Both the position numbers and the translations under genes were made by a program. Below, one piece after another: positions 19,414 to 28,927 of a DNA stretch of 64,000 nucleotides (positions are counted from its first letter, which is position 1; each line of letters begins with the position of its first letter). The DNA lies in contig CAVUVW010000026.1 in NCBI GenBank assembly GCA_963745035.1, positions 96,001 to 160,000 of the forward strand, given 5' to 3'. This DNA comes from an uncultured delta proteobacterium. Its GTDB lineage: Bacteria > Desulfobacterota > Binatia > UBA9968. The notes under the pieces are model-generated. The model was not told the DNA's origin. It made no database searches and saw only the letters and a list, made by a program, of their open reading frames with translations.

Positions 19414-20442
19414 TTAGCGCGAAACTTCCGCGCCCCAAATCTCTTTCAGAAAGCCACTCTTCTCTAGATCCTCAGCGAATCGGTTGTCAATGATATCTCC
19501 GGGCTTGCGCCGCACGTTGGTGCCCTGCTCGCGAACAACTTCGATGGCGCCGGCCACGGTACTCTCGGGCACGAGCAATCGGCGGTTGACCAGCAATTTC
19601 GCGTAGGCGTCGTAAGCCGATTGGAGCGCATCCGCGTCGTTGAGCTTGAGCGCTTTGCTCACCGCTGCTTTGCCTTTCTCCGGATTTTTCTCGACGAATT
19701 GGATCGACTCCGCCAGTGCCGCGACAAACTTTTGTGTCACGGCTGGACGCTCTTTCAACGACTTCGCGTTGGCATGAAGCGAACTGTAAAGCGCCGGCAA
19801 GCCGAGGTCGTTAAGTCGGTAAACGAGGTTGAAGCCGTCGCGCCGGCCGCGCACATCGAGCGGCGGGGTGACCAAGGCCGCTTCGGCCAGGCCCGCGCGC
19901 ATGGCGTTGAACGGCTCGACCTGGCCCGTACCCCCGACAGTGAGAATCTTGACGTCGCTTTCGGTCAAGTTGAATTTCCTGAGCAACGCACGCGCAAGAC
20001 GAAACGTCAGATCGCCGGCGCGCGTGACGGCAATGCTCTTTCCCTTAAGCTCTTCAGGCCTTTTGATATCCTTGCGCGCCAGCATGACCCAGGGCAGGCC
20101 GACGAGCGGCGAAGCGATCAATTTAGCGTCGCTGCCGGAAGCCATACCCGGAATCGTCGCATCCGCCGCGCAGTAGAGATATTGAATCTCGTCGGCAGCC
20201 AAAGCCGCGAGCGCGACGCCGCTGCCGCGGATCGAGACGAATTCAACCTTGACGCCGTACTTATCGAACAGATTGGAGTCGAGAGCGGCGTAGAGGTGAA
20301 TGAAGCCCCCAGTTATGGCGCAGGTCGCCGCGCGGACGGTCGCGACCGCTTCTCCCGGTTTCGACAAATATGGGTTGGCGTACACCGGCCACGACACCGT
20401 GACGGCCGCGCATGCCAACAGGGTGGAAACAAAGCGTCTCAT
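19414..20442 (-). CDS. NMT1/SsuA-type ABC substrate-binding protein
   Basis: Signal peptide, FDKYGVKVE, LKGKSIAVT, ends LEKSGFLKEIW. Confidence 0.88.
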   Translation of the reverse strand: MRRFVSTLLACAAVTVSWPVYANPYLSKPGEAVATVRAATCAITGGFIHLYAALDSNLFDKYGVKVEFVSIRGSGVALAALAADEIQYLYCAADATIPGMASGSDAKLIASPLVGLPWVMLARKDIKRPEELKGKSIAVTRAGDLTFRLARALLRKFNLTESDVKILTVGGTGQVEPFNAMRAGLAEAALVTPPLDVRGRRDGFNLVYRLNDLGLPALYSSLHANAKSLKERPAVTQKFVAALAESIQFVEKNPEKGKAAVSKALKLNDADALQSAYDAYAKLLVNRRLLVPESTVAGAIEVVREQGTNVRRKPGDIIDNRFAEDLEKSGFLKEIWGAEVSR

Positions 20443-20594
20443 AATTCGTTCCCCCTTCCGCGCCTGCGATACAACCGTTGGTTCTGAGTTGTCAACCTCG
20501 GAGAGGCTGTACTAGAGTGGCGCCGTGGGAAAAACAAATAGCGGAACAATTTCGCACGCGGTGCTGCCGTCGATCTGAAAGGCGGTGTTTCGTG

Positions 20595-21572
20595 ATGGTT
20601 CCAACCTTATACAGTTTGGTATTTCTGCTGAGTGTCATCTTCTTGTCGGCGCCGCCGGCGGCGGCGCAATCGCTCAAAGTCGGCATGACTTCGAAGACGC
20701 TCTTTTACCTGCCGTTCTACGTCGGGCTCAAGAAAGGCTTCTACGCGGCGGAAAACTTGAAGACGGAGTTGATTCTCATCGGCCGGAGCGACGTTCAGCT
20801 TCAGGCGTTGATCGCGGGCGAGATCGATTTCGGCACGCTCAACGCCGACGGTGTGATCCTGGTCAACGAGAAAGGCGCCAATCTCAAGGTCATCGCCGGC
20901 GTCGACAACGCCGCTCCGTATATTTTGGTCGGCGGCAAAGCATACAAAAAGATCGAGGATCTCAAAGGCGCGCGCTTGGGCGTGTCCGGATTGCGCGGGG
21001 GCGCGACTTCCATTTTGACGGATTATCTGAAGAGCAGGGGCCTGCACTATCCGCGGGACTATACTTTCACGGTTATTTCCGGCGGCACTGCGGCGCGGCT
21101 GACGGCGCTCGAGAGCGGCGCGATCGCGGCAGGCATACTCGGCATTCCATATTCGGACATCGCTATCGATCAGGGCTTCAACAAGCTGGGCGACACCATG
21201 GAAGTGATCTCGACCTATCAGTTCAACGGCATCACCGTGAATCCGGCGTGGGCGGAGAAGAATCGCGCGACAGTCGTCAAGTTTCTCAAGGCGCACATCC
21301 GCTCGCTGCGCTGGATCCATGAGCAACCGCAGCAGGCCGCGGAATTTTTTACCGCGGAGATGGGCGTCAAGCCTCCCTATGCGCGCAAGGGCATCGACTA
21401 CTTTACGAAGAACAAGATTTTTCCCGTCGATGGCGCGGTGACCCTCGATGGACTCAAGGTCAACATCGAAGTCCAATTTCGCGACGGTATCCTGAAGGAA
21501 CCGCTGCCGGCGCCGGAAAAATACGCCGATCAGAGTTACGTCAAGCAGGCGCAGAAGGAACTCGGATTGTAG
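20595..21572 (+). CDS. NMT1/SsuA-type ABC substrate-binding protein
   Basis: Signal peptide, KGFYAAENL, DLKGARLGVS. Confidence 0.88.
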   Translation: MVPTLYSLVFLLSVIFLSAPPAAAQSLKVGMTSKTLFYLPFYVGLKKGFYAAENLKTELILIGRSDVQLQALIAGEIDFGTLNADGVILVNEKGANLKVIAGVDNAAPYILVGGKAYKKIEDLKGARLGVSGLRGGATSILTDYLKSRGLHYPRDYTFTVISGGTAARLTALESGAIAAGILGIPYSDIAIDQGFNKLGDTMEVISTYQFNGITVNPAWAEKNRATVVKFLKAHIRSLRWIHEQPQQAAEFFTAEMGVKPPYARKGIDYFTKNKIFPVDGAVTLDGLKVNIEVQFRDGILKEPLPAPEKYADQSYVKQAQKELGL

Positions 21573-21578
21573 AGATTG

Positions 21579-21618
21579 GTTCAAGCCGTTCAAATCGTTC
21601 AAAACGTTCAAGCCGTTA
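21579..21618 (+). repeat. 9-bp tandem repeat (CGTTCAA.. units)
   Basis: GTTCAAGCC GTTCAAATC GTTCAAAAC GTTCAAGCC GTT. Confidence 0.7.
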
Positions 21619-21733
21619 ACGGAACAAGTCCCAGAGGTACCCAGGGGTGGAATCTGATTGACGGCAGGTGGGGTGCTTTGTTATCCGATCAAAGGATAGA
21701 ATTCTTGTCGCGCAACGGGAGCCTTCAACGAAT

Positions 21734-22747
21734 ATGAGTCACCATAGTGTGTTAGCTGTTTTCCTTTTCCTCGGCATAGCGCTTTTTTCTCTCAACGCTG
21801 AAGCTCAGCCCAGGTCAAAAATCGTTATCGGTTACGCCTCGATGAGCTCGGTGGTGACCACGCTCTGGATAGCGCAGGAGAAAGGCTTCTTTGCCAAAAA
21901 CGGCCTGGACGTGCAGTCTATATTTATTCCGGGGTCGCCGACGTTGATTGCCACGCTTAACACCGGCGACGTGCATTTAGGTTACACCGGCGGCACGGCA
22001 ACACTGGGAGCCGCGGTCGGCGGACTCGATCTGAAAATCGTCGCGTCCTTCGGTAATTTCGTTCAAACCGATTTGGTGGTTCGGCCGGACATCAAAACCG
22101 CGGCGGATCTCAAAGGAAAGCGCATCGGCGTTACCAGTATCGGAGGAACTGGCTGGATGTCGGCAATGTTGGGCCTGGAGCAGATCGGTTTGAATCCGGA
22201 GCGCGACAAAATCTCGATTGCCGCTTTCGGCGATCAAAGAGTCATTAGCCAGGCTCTGGAATCGGGAACGATCCAAGGCGCTTCGATTTCCGGAATCTTC
22301 AGTCGAAAGTTGAAAAGGGCCGGCTTCAATTTCTTGGGCGATCTGGAAAAGATTCCGCTGGTCGGCACCAGCCTGGTCGTGAAGTCCGAGTATCTGGCCA
22401 GCCATCAACCCATCGTGCGCGGCGCTGTTCGAGCGCTCATGGAAGGCCACGGGTTTGTGTTGAATCCGGCGAACAAGGCGACGGTGATCGAAGTCGTAAG
22501 CAAGAAACTCGGCATTACCGATCCGGTGGCCGCTAACGATGGTTATGACGATTACGTGCGGCGCACCGACAAGAAAGGCTTTGTCGTCGTCGACGGACTG
22601 AAAAATATTCAGCGCTTCATGAAACTGCGCAATCCAAAGATCGGCGATATCAATCTGGAACGGATGATCGACGAAAGTATTTTGCGAGAGTTGGAAAAGA
22701 GTGGATTTCTTGAACAGGCGATGAGCGGCAAAACCACCGTTCGCTGA
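21734..22747 (+). CDS. NMT1/SsuA-type ABC substrate-binding protein
   Basis: KGFFAKNGLDV, DLKGKRIGVTSIGGT, LEKSGF. Confidence 0.88.
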   Translation: MSHHSVLAVFLFLGIALFSLNAEAQPRSKIVIGYASMSSVVTTLWIAQEKGFFAKNGLDVQSIFIPGSPTLIATLNTGDVHLGYTGGTATLGAAVGGLDLKIVASFGNFVQTDLVVRPDIKTAADLKGKRIGVTSIGGTGWMSAMLGLEQIGLNPERDKISIAAFGDQRVISQALESGTIQGASISGIFSRKLKRAGFNFLGDLEKIPLVGTSLVVKSEYLASHQPIVRGAVRALMEGHGFVLNPANKATVIEVVSKKLGITDPVAANDGYDDYVRRTDKKGFVVVDGLKNIQRFMKLRNPKIGDINLERMIDESILRELEKSGFLEQAMSGKTTVR

Positions 22748-22762
22748 AAAGGAGGAGGCGCT

Positions 22763-23854
22763 ATGGCCATCGACGGCATGAAAGTGATCGATCTGGACAG
22801 TCATCTGGTGGGCGATTTGGAGAGTTGGCATCAAACGGTCGAAGCGAAGTACAAGGATTTTTGCCGCGCAAGCTGCCGACCAAGGATAACGAGCGGCGCA
22901 AGACTCTGGTCGGCAATCAGATCATGGTCGGTTCCGAGCTTGGCCGGCAAAAGGCGGAAAAGAAGGAGTGGGTCACCGAAGCCGACCTCACGCCGCAGGG
23001 GCGGGTGCGCAATATGAATCTCGATGGCATCGACGTCGCGGTGCTTGTCGCCCAACTCGCCGGCGCTCGATATACTCTGGTTCGCGGACGATGCGGAGCT
23101 CGGCGCGGCCTACGCGCGGGCGCAAAACAATTACATGAATTGGTACTCCTCGCAGCAGCCCGGCCGCCTCATGTGGGCGGGCGTGATTCCGCTGCAAGAC
23201 CCAAAGGAAGCGATCAAAGAGCTGCACCGATCGCGCGAGCTCGGCAGCAAAGCGCTCAATGTGAAGGCGACGCCGATCCCGGGAAAGGAATGGTGGGACC
23301 CGCACTTCGATCCGATCTTCGATGAGCTCGAGAAAACCAAGACGCCGATCATTTTTCACGACACCAAGACCGGCTCCATGGGACATGAGCGTTTCGCCGA
23401 TAATTTTTTCTTCTCGCACATGGTCGGGCGCACCATCGAGAGCATGGTTTGCCTGATGGTTTACCTTTGCGGCGGCGTGATGGAAAAGCACCCGAATTTG
23501 AAAATCATCTGCCTCGAGACCGGCGCATCGCAAATGCCCTGGTGGCTGTCGCGCATGGACGAGCACTGGGAAAAGCTGCCGCATCTGGTTCCCTGGCAGA
23601 AGCGCAAGCCATCGGATATTTTCAACGAAAGCGTGTACGTCGGCTGCGAGCCATTCGAAGACGGCCTGTTCGAATGGGCGGTGGAATATTTGGGCGGCGA
23701 CCGGCTCGTGCTGGCGACCGATTCGCCGCATTGGGATTCCTCTCAGCCGGGGCAAGTGACCGGACCGATCTCGCAGAGCACGAAAATTTCGCAGGAAAAT
23801 AAGCGGAAGGTGCTCGGCGAGAACGCGATCAATCTTTTGGGCTTGGGTTTGTGA
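22763..23854 (+). CDS. Amidohydrolase_2 family protein (frameshifts ~22860, ~23045)
   Basis: Three ORF pieces join: IDLDSH...DGIDVAVL...ATDSPHWD...VLGENA; AGGAGG RBS. Confidence 0.82.
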
Positions 23855-23922
23855 GATTTCAGCGACAAGGAAAGCTTCGCTCGGAAGCGTATCGTATTTC
23901 GGCTCCAATGAGAGGAGACGTT

Positions 23923-24936
23923 ATGAGTTGGTTACTAGCGGCTGCTCTTGCGGTTGTGAGTTTGCTTGCGCACTCCAGCACTTCTCACGCCGCCAGCGCC
24001 GGCCGCACCGTAGTCATCGCGCATGCGGCGATGAACGCCCGGGTGGCGCCGCTATGGGTGGCGCGCGACCGCGGGTTTTTTGCTAAGTATGGAGTGAACG
24101 CTGACACGATCTTCGTGCGCGGGGCGCCGACGCTGGTCGCCGCCATGCAGTCCAATGAGATCGACGTTGGCTACACGGGCGGAACGGCCGTCGTCGGAGC
24201 AGTCGCCAACGGCGCCGATCTGAAAGTCCTCTCCGCGTTCACCAATCGCGTGACCTACGACCTGATGGTCAAGCCTGGCATTAAACGGCCGGAGGATTTG
24301 CGCGGCAAAATATTCGGCATTCAAAGCATTGGCGGCACCGTATGGATGGGCGCCATTCTTGCTCTGGAGCATCTGAAGCTCGACGCAGATCGCGACAAGA
24401 TCAATATTATCGCAGTCGGCGACCAAAACGTATTAGCTCAAGCGCTGGAAGCGGGGACCATCGATGCGACCGTGCTCGACGGCGTGCAAAGCCGCCGCTT
24501 GAGCGCGCTGGGATTTGCGACGCTTGCGGATTTGAACAAGGCAAATTTGCCGATCCTGAGCTCCGGCTTCGTCATGAGAGAGCCCAACATTCAAAAGAAT
24601 CCGCAGCTCGCGGAGAACCTGATGAAAGCCGTTATCGAAGGTGCGGTGTTTTCGCTTTCGCAATCACAAAAACCCACAACGTTGAAGATCTTGCAAAAAT
24701 ATCTTCGAGTTACCGAAAAGGACGCGGAAGAAGGTTATCGCGACCTGGTGATTGGGACGGACAAGAAGCCTTATGCCGCGGCCGCGGGCGTTACGAACGT
24801 CGTTCGCCTGATGAAGCGAGGCAATCCGAAAGTTGAAAACGTTAAACCGGAAACGCTGATCGACGATCGCATTTTGAAAAAAATCGATCAGAGCGGTTTT
24901 ATCGATGAGGTGTTGGCAAAGTACGGAGTGAAATAG
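23923..24936 (+). CDS. NMT1/SsuA-type ABC substrate-binding protein
   Basis: RGFFAKYGV, DLRGKIFGIQSIGGT; close paralog of 21734-22747. Confidence 0.88.
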   Translation: MSWLLAAALAVVSLLAHSSTSHAASAGRTVVIAHAAMNARVAPLWVARDRGFFAKYGVNADTIFVRGAPTLVAAMQSNEIDVGYTGGTAVVGAVANGADLKVLSAFTNRVTYDLMVKPGIKRPEDLRGKIFGIQSIGGTVWMGAILALEHLKLDADRDKINIIAVGDQNVLAQALEAGTIDATVLDGVQSRRLSALGFATLADLNKANLPILSSGFVMREPNIQKNPQLAENLMKAVIEGAVFSLSQSQKPTTLKILQKYLRVTEKDAEEGYRDLVIGTDKKPYAAAAGVTNVVRLMKRGNPKVENVKPETLIDDRILKKIDQSGFIDEVLAKYGVK

Positions 24937-24937
24937 C

Positions 24938-25061
24938 CGGGCTGGTGAAAACGTCCATATGCTTCGTTGCGCTTGATCGTCTCGCTCCAATGTACTGCAG
25001 AGTACGCCTCCGCGCGCCGATTCTGAGCGCGCCTCGCATCTGGAACGTTTTGACCAGCCCG
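24938..25061. mobile_element. MITE-like element
   Basis: ~25-bp imperfect terminal inverted repeats CGGGCTGGTGAAAACGT.. / ..ACGTTTTGACCAGCCCG; no ORF. Confidence 0.6.
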
Positions 25062-25109
25062 CAATCATTTTAGCTGACGCTTAGAGATCCGATATAAGGA
25101 GCAAAGGAA

Positions 25110-26246
25110 ATGTACATCGACGGCGATACACACTACTGGCCGCTGCGCTTCCTTGACAAGGTAAAGCACCCGGGGAAAGGGCATCTCGAAGTCGTCGAGG
25201 ACAAGGGCGACATGGTGCGCTACGGGGAAGTCGTGCCGGGGAAGGTGGCCACCTATTATCGCGACGGCAAAAAGATCCATTCCTTCAAGGAAGGGCGCTG
25301 GAGTTTATCGCTGCGCGCCGAGTTCATGAAGAAAGACGGCTTCGATGTGCAGGTACTGATTCCGGATAACCGGCCATTGATCTACGAATGCGAGCCGAGC
25401 TCGGCCGCCAGTTGGCCCGCGCGTACAACGACACGGTCGCCGAGGATATCCAGGGCGACGAGCGGTTCATCGGCGTCGCTTGGATCTATTTGCCCGACAT
25501 CAAGGAAGCCGTGAAGGAGCTTCGCCGCGCGGTGAAGGAGCTGGGATTGAAGGCGGTCAAGTTCAACGGCGGCTGGGGCGACGGCGATCTCGACAATGAA
25601 GTGCTGTTGCCGCTTTACGAAGAGATCGCCGATCTCGATATTCCGATTCTGCTTCACCCGGCCGCGCGAGTGTTCGAACTGCAGCATAGCCATCCCTGGC
25701 TGGTCGGCGCCGAGCGCTATCAGGGCTTTCAACATTTTCCGACGGCGCTGGGATTTCCTTTGACCTACATGGTCAGCGCGGCGCGCTTGATCTTCGGCGG
25801 CGTGCTCGATCGCTTTCCCACCTTGAAGTTCGGTTTTTTCGAAGGCGGCATCGGCTGGGTGCCATGGCTCATGCACACGCTGGATGCCCATATGCCCAAT
25901 GAAGCGACGGTCTCCGATCTCCGTGCAGCAGTTTTTTGAAGGCAAGAAGGGCATCAAGAAATCGCCCAGCCAGTATTTCGATCAATTCTACATCGCCGCG
26001 GTCTCGTGGGAATCCTACCTCGCTGACACGGTAAACGGCTGGCCGAACCATAACATCATCATCGGCAGCGATTTCGATCACGGCGACGCCGTCGCTACTT
26101 GGCCGCGCACCGTGGACGTTATCAAAAAGATGAAAACCCTCTCCGATGTCGACAAGGAAAAGGTCCTCGGCGGCAACGCGATGAGAATGTTCGGGTTGCA
26201 TGGCAACGGCGGCAATACAGTTGGCATATCCTCCGAGGCAAATTGA
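25110..26246 (+). CDS. Amidohydrolase_2 family protein (frameshifts ~25395, ~25900)
   Basis: IDGDTH, ILLHP, GGVLDRFPTLK, GSDFDHGD, VLGGNA. Confidence 0.82.
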
Positions 26247-26377
26247 AGCGGATGACTGCACCACAGAATCCTGACAATTCCGCAGTTTGAAGGAAACTTC
26301 CTCCGGAAAATCACTACATCGGAAAGATCCGTCAGAAAAGTGTCGGCAAAAGGGTGGAGTGTCTCTAACACGCCGTT

Positions 26378-26393
26378 TGGCACCGTGGTTGCC
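26378..26393 (+). promoter_or_regulatory. Sigma-54 (-24/-12) promoter
   Basis: TGGCACCGTGGTTGC upstream of the USP gene. Confidence 0.65.
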
Positions 26394-26424
26394 TTATTCA
26401 TAAAGGTGAAAGGAGGTGTAAATC

Positions 26425-26979
26425 ATGATTACTATAAGAACGATTCTCGTGCCTACGGATCTTTCTGCCGCCTCGGTGCCCGCTATCGCGTATGCTGCGT
26501 TCCTAGGGAAGGCTCATGACGCAGAAGTTGCCCTGCTGCACGTCGTTCCGATGGAAGCGAATAAGGGGCATTTCACTGATAGCTATGCCGAAGGGGTTGG
26601 GTTTGCGCTGGGTAATCAGCCGGCTGGTCGGCTGCAGCACGATGTGGAAGCCATCTACGCGCCCAAGAAGGAAATTCTGCTTGGTTTTCTCGATCACAAT
26701 ATAGGAGCCGATCTTCGCAAGACGACAAAGTTCAGGGCGCTCGTCAGACCTGGAAAGGTCGTTGAGGAGATTATTGCTGCGGCTAAAGAGGAGAAATCCG
26801 ATCTCATCGTGATGACGAAACAAGCAGGGAATCTGCGACGACTGTTTGGCGGAAGCGTCACCGAGCGCATTGTTCGACATGCTCCGTGCCCGGTCCTCTC
26901 GATGCAGCCATCAGCCGAAGTCAGGACAGAAAAGAACGAACGGTTTCCGGTCAAGCTCATCGACAGGTGGGCTGCTTGA
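26425..26979 (+). CDS. Universal stress protein
   Basis: ILVPTDLS, LLHV, DLIVM, GSVTERIVRHAPCPVL. Confidence 0.92.
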   Translation: MITIRTILVPTDLSAASVPAIAYAAFLGKAHDAEVALLHVVPMEANKGHFTDSYAEGVGFALGNQPAGRLQHDVEAIYAPKKEILLGFLDHNIGADLRKTTKFRALVRPGKVVEEIIAAAKEEKSDLIVMTKQAGNLRRLFGGSVTERIVRHAPCPVLSMQPSAEVRTEKNERFPVKLIDRWAA

Positions 26980-26997
26980 TTACTCTTGGTTGCCGAC

Positions 26998-27031
26998 GCG
27001 AAACCCCGGCCAGTCTATGGCCGGGTTTCGC
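26998..27031. terminator. Hairpin after the USP gene
   Basis: GCGAAACCCCGGCCA..TGGCCGGGTTTCGC. Confidence 0.5.
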
Positions 27032-27245
27032 CCGACTGATGTCCGCCCCGGCAGTAAGCTTAATCATCCTATCCTGCCCTTGATCGCCACACGGCAGCGC
27101 TGAATCGAAAGCTATAGTCACGCCCACAGTCGACTGAAACCCGGTCGAACTTCGGGTTCATCGAGGGAGTTCGATTGACAACTTTCGGAGCATTGGATAA
27201 ATCTTTTTGCATAAACTTTTTCATAACATTGTTAGGAGAGAAATC

Positions 27246-28691
27246 ATGGCTAAGGATCTCAGGACCTTTATATCGGACTGCGAGCGTCAACTGCCGGGCG
27301 AGGTGATCCACATCACCAAGGAAGTCAATCCGGCGAATTACGACGTCACGGCGATCATCAAGCATCTCGGCGCGCAGAAGAAGTTTCCCATCATCATCTT
27401 CGACAATCCTAAGAATTTGAACGGCAAAGTCGGCCCGATCAAGCTGACGATGAACTGTGAGATCTCTCAAGGGAAGACGCAGATCGCTCTAGGCATGCCG
27501 AAAAACGCGACGCGTCCGCAGATGGCGGAAAAGTGCCTTGAGATGGAAGAGCATCGGGTTCCGCCGACGATCGTCAGCAAAAAGGACGCGCCGATCAAGG
27601 AAAACACCATGGTCGGCAAGGACGTGGATCTCTATCAGATCCCCATCATGCGCCACCACGAGATGGACGGCGGCCCGTATATCGTCTTGTCGACGATCAC
27701 CAAGGACCGTAAGTCGGGCATCTACAATCTCTCGTATCATCGCATGGAGGTGAAATCGAAAAATTCGACGGCGCTGTATGCCTCGCCACGCCATCTCTGG
27801 AAGATTTTCAAGGACTACGAAGAAAACAATATGGAGATGCCGGTCGCCACGGTGCTGGGCCATCACCCGGCGTTTCATATGGGCGCTTGCTACAGCGGGC
27901 CGTTCGAAGTCAGCGAGTATGATGTCATCGGTGGATACCTCGGCGAACCGTTGCGACTGGTCGCTTCGGAAACTTTTGGCGATGATTTACTGATCCCGGC
28001 TGATGCTGAAGTCGTCATCGAAGGCGTGCTCAAGCCGGGCGGCCGCGTCGTCGAAGGACCGTTCGGCGAAGCCCCCGGTTATCTCGGCCCGCAGCGGTAT
28101 ACGACCTGCGTTCACTATGAAGTGCGCGCCATCAACTATCGCAACGGCGCCATGTATCAATCGGTCATCACGCCGGAAGGCGACAAGCCGTGGATGGATC
28201 TGCCGCGCGAAGGCGCGTATCTGCGCCGCTGCCGCGAAGCGGTTCCAGGCGTAACCGCGGTCTGCAAGCAGGGCCGGCACGCGCATTACAACGTATTTAT
28301 CTCTATGAAAAAAATGTCGGAAGGCGATCCAGGCCGAGCCGCCGCTGCTGCGTTGACCTTCGATCACACCAAGAACGTTTTCGTTTTCGACGACGATATC
28401 GACGTGTTCAATCCGACGGATATTCTTTGGGCCTTTGCCACCCGCGTACAACCGCATCGCCAGGTGTCGATCTTGCAGCCGCTTTTCCGCGGCAATTTCC
28501 TGGATCCGTCGTTGGTCGACGAGATCAAAACCTCCGGCATGATCGTCGACGCCACCAAGCCGCTCGACCGGCCGTTTTCGCCGGTTTCGAAATGTCCGGA
28601 TGAGGCGATGGAGCGGATCAAGTTGGAGGAGTATGTGCCCGGTGAAGTTCTGCAACATATTCCGATGGATCGCACGACATACTGGGCGTAA
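27246..28691 (+). CDS. UbiD-family (prFMN-dependent) decarboxylase
   Basis: DGGPY, YHR, PADAEVVIEG, EGPFGE, DDDIDV, WAFATR, VDATKP. Confidence 0.92.
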   Translation: MAKDLRTFISDCERQLPGEVIHITKEVNPANYDVTAIIKHLGAQKKFPIIIFDNPKNLNGKVGPIKLTMNCEISQGKTQIALGMPKNATRPQMAEKCLEMEEHRVPPTIVSKKDAPIKENTMVGKDVDLYQIPIMRHHEMDGGPYIVLSTITKDRKSGIYNLSYHRMEVKSKNSTALYASPRHLWKIFKDYEENNMEMPVATVLGHHPAFHMGACYSGPFEVSEYDVIGGYLGEPLRLVASETFGDDLLIPADAEVVIEGVLKPGGRVVEGPFGEAPGYLGPQRYTTCVHYEVRAINYRNGAMYQSVITPEGDKPWMDLPREGAYLRRCREAVPGVTAVCKQGRHAHYNVFISMKKMSEGDPGRAAAAALTFDHTKNVFVFDDDIDVFNPTDILWAFATRVQPHRQVSILQPLFRGNFLDPSLVDEIKTSGMIVDATKPLDRPFSPVSKCPDEAMERIKLEEYVPGEVLQHIPMDRTTYWA

Positions 28692-28729
28692 GAGTTTAAT
28701 TACCCATTTGGCTATATTCAGGAGGAACG

Positions 28730-28876
28730 ATGGGCCAGGCTGTAGAGATAACTTGTCCAAGCTGTAAAAAGGTTTTCGTGGTGAATCCGCACATGCTCGG
28801 GTCGGGCATGAACTTTCATTGTCCATTCTGCGATCTTTATTTTCCGGAAAAAGACAGCCCGAAAATCCGCAAATAG
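28730..28876 (+). CDS. 48-aa zinc-ribbon protein (not in ORF track)
   Basis: CAGGAGG RBS; MGQAVEITCPSCKKVFVVNPHMLGSGMNFHCPFCDLYFPEKDSPKIRK with two CxxC. Confidence 0.75.
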   Translation: MGQAVEITCPSCKKVFVVNPHMLGSGMNFHCPFCDLYFPEKDSPKIRK

Positions 28877-28927
28877 TTTCACGCCGGCCACGGCGATTCT
28901 TTCGCCGTGGCCTTTTCTACTTCATCC

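Noticed and set aside
21579-21618. CRISPR array
   Set aside because: 9-bp units without spacers; no cas genes
26980-27245. Riboswitch upstream of the UbiD gene
   Set aside because: Hairpins are present, but I recognise no aptamer consensus; a terminator plus a TTGACA promoter explains the region
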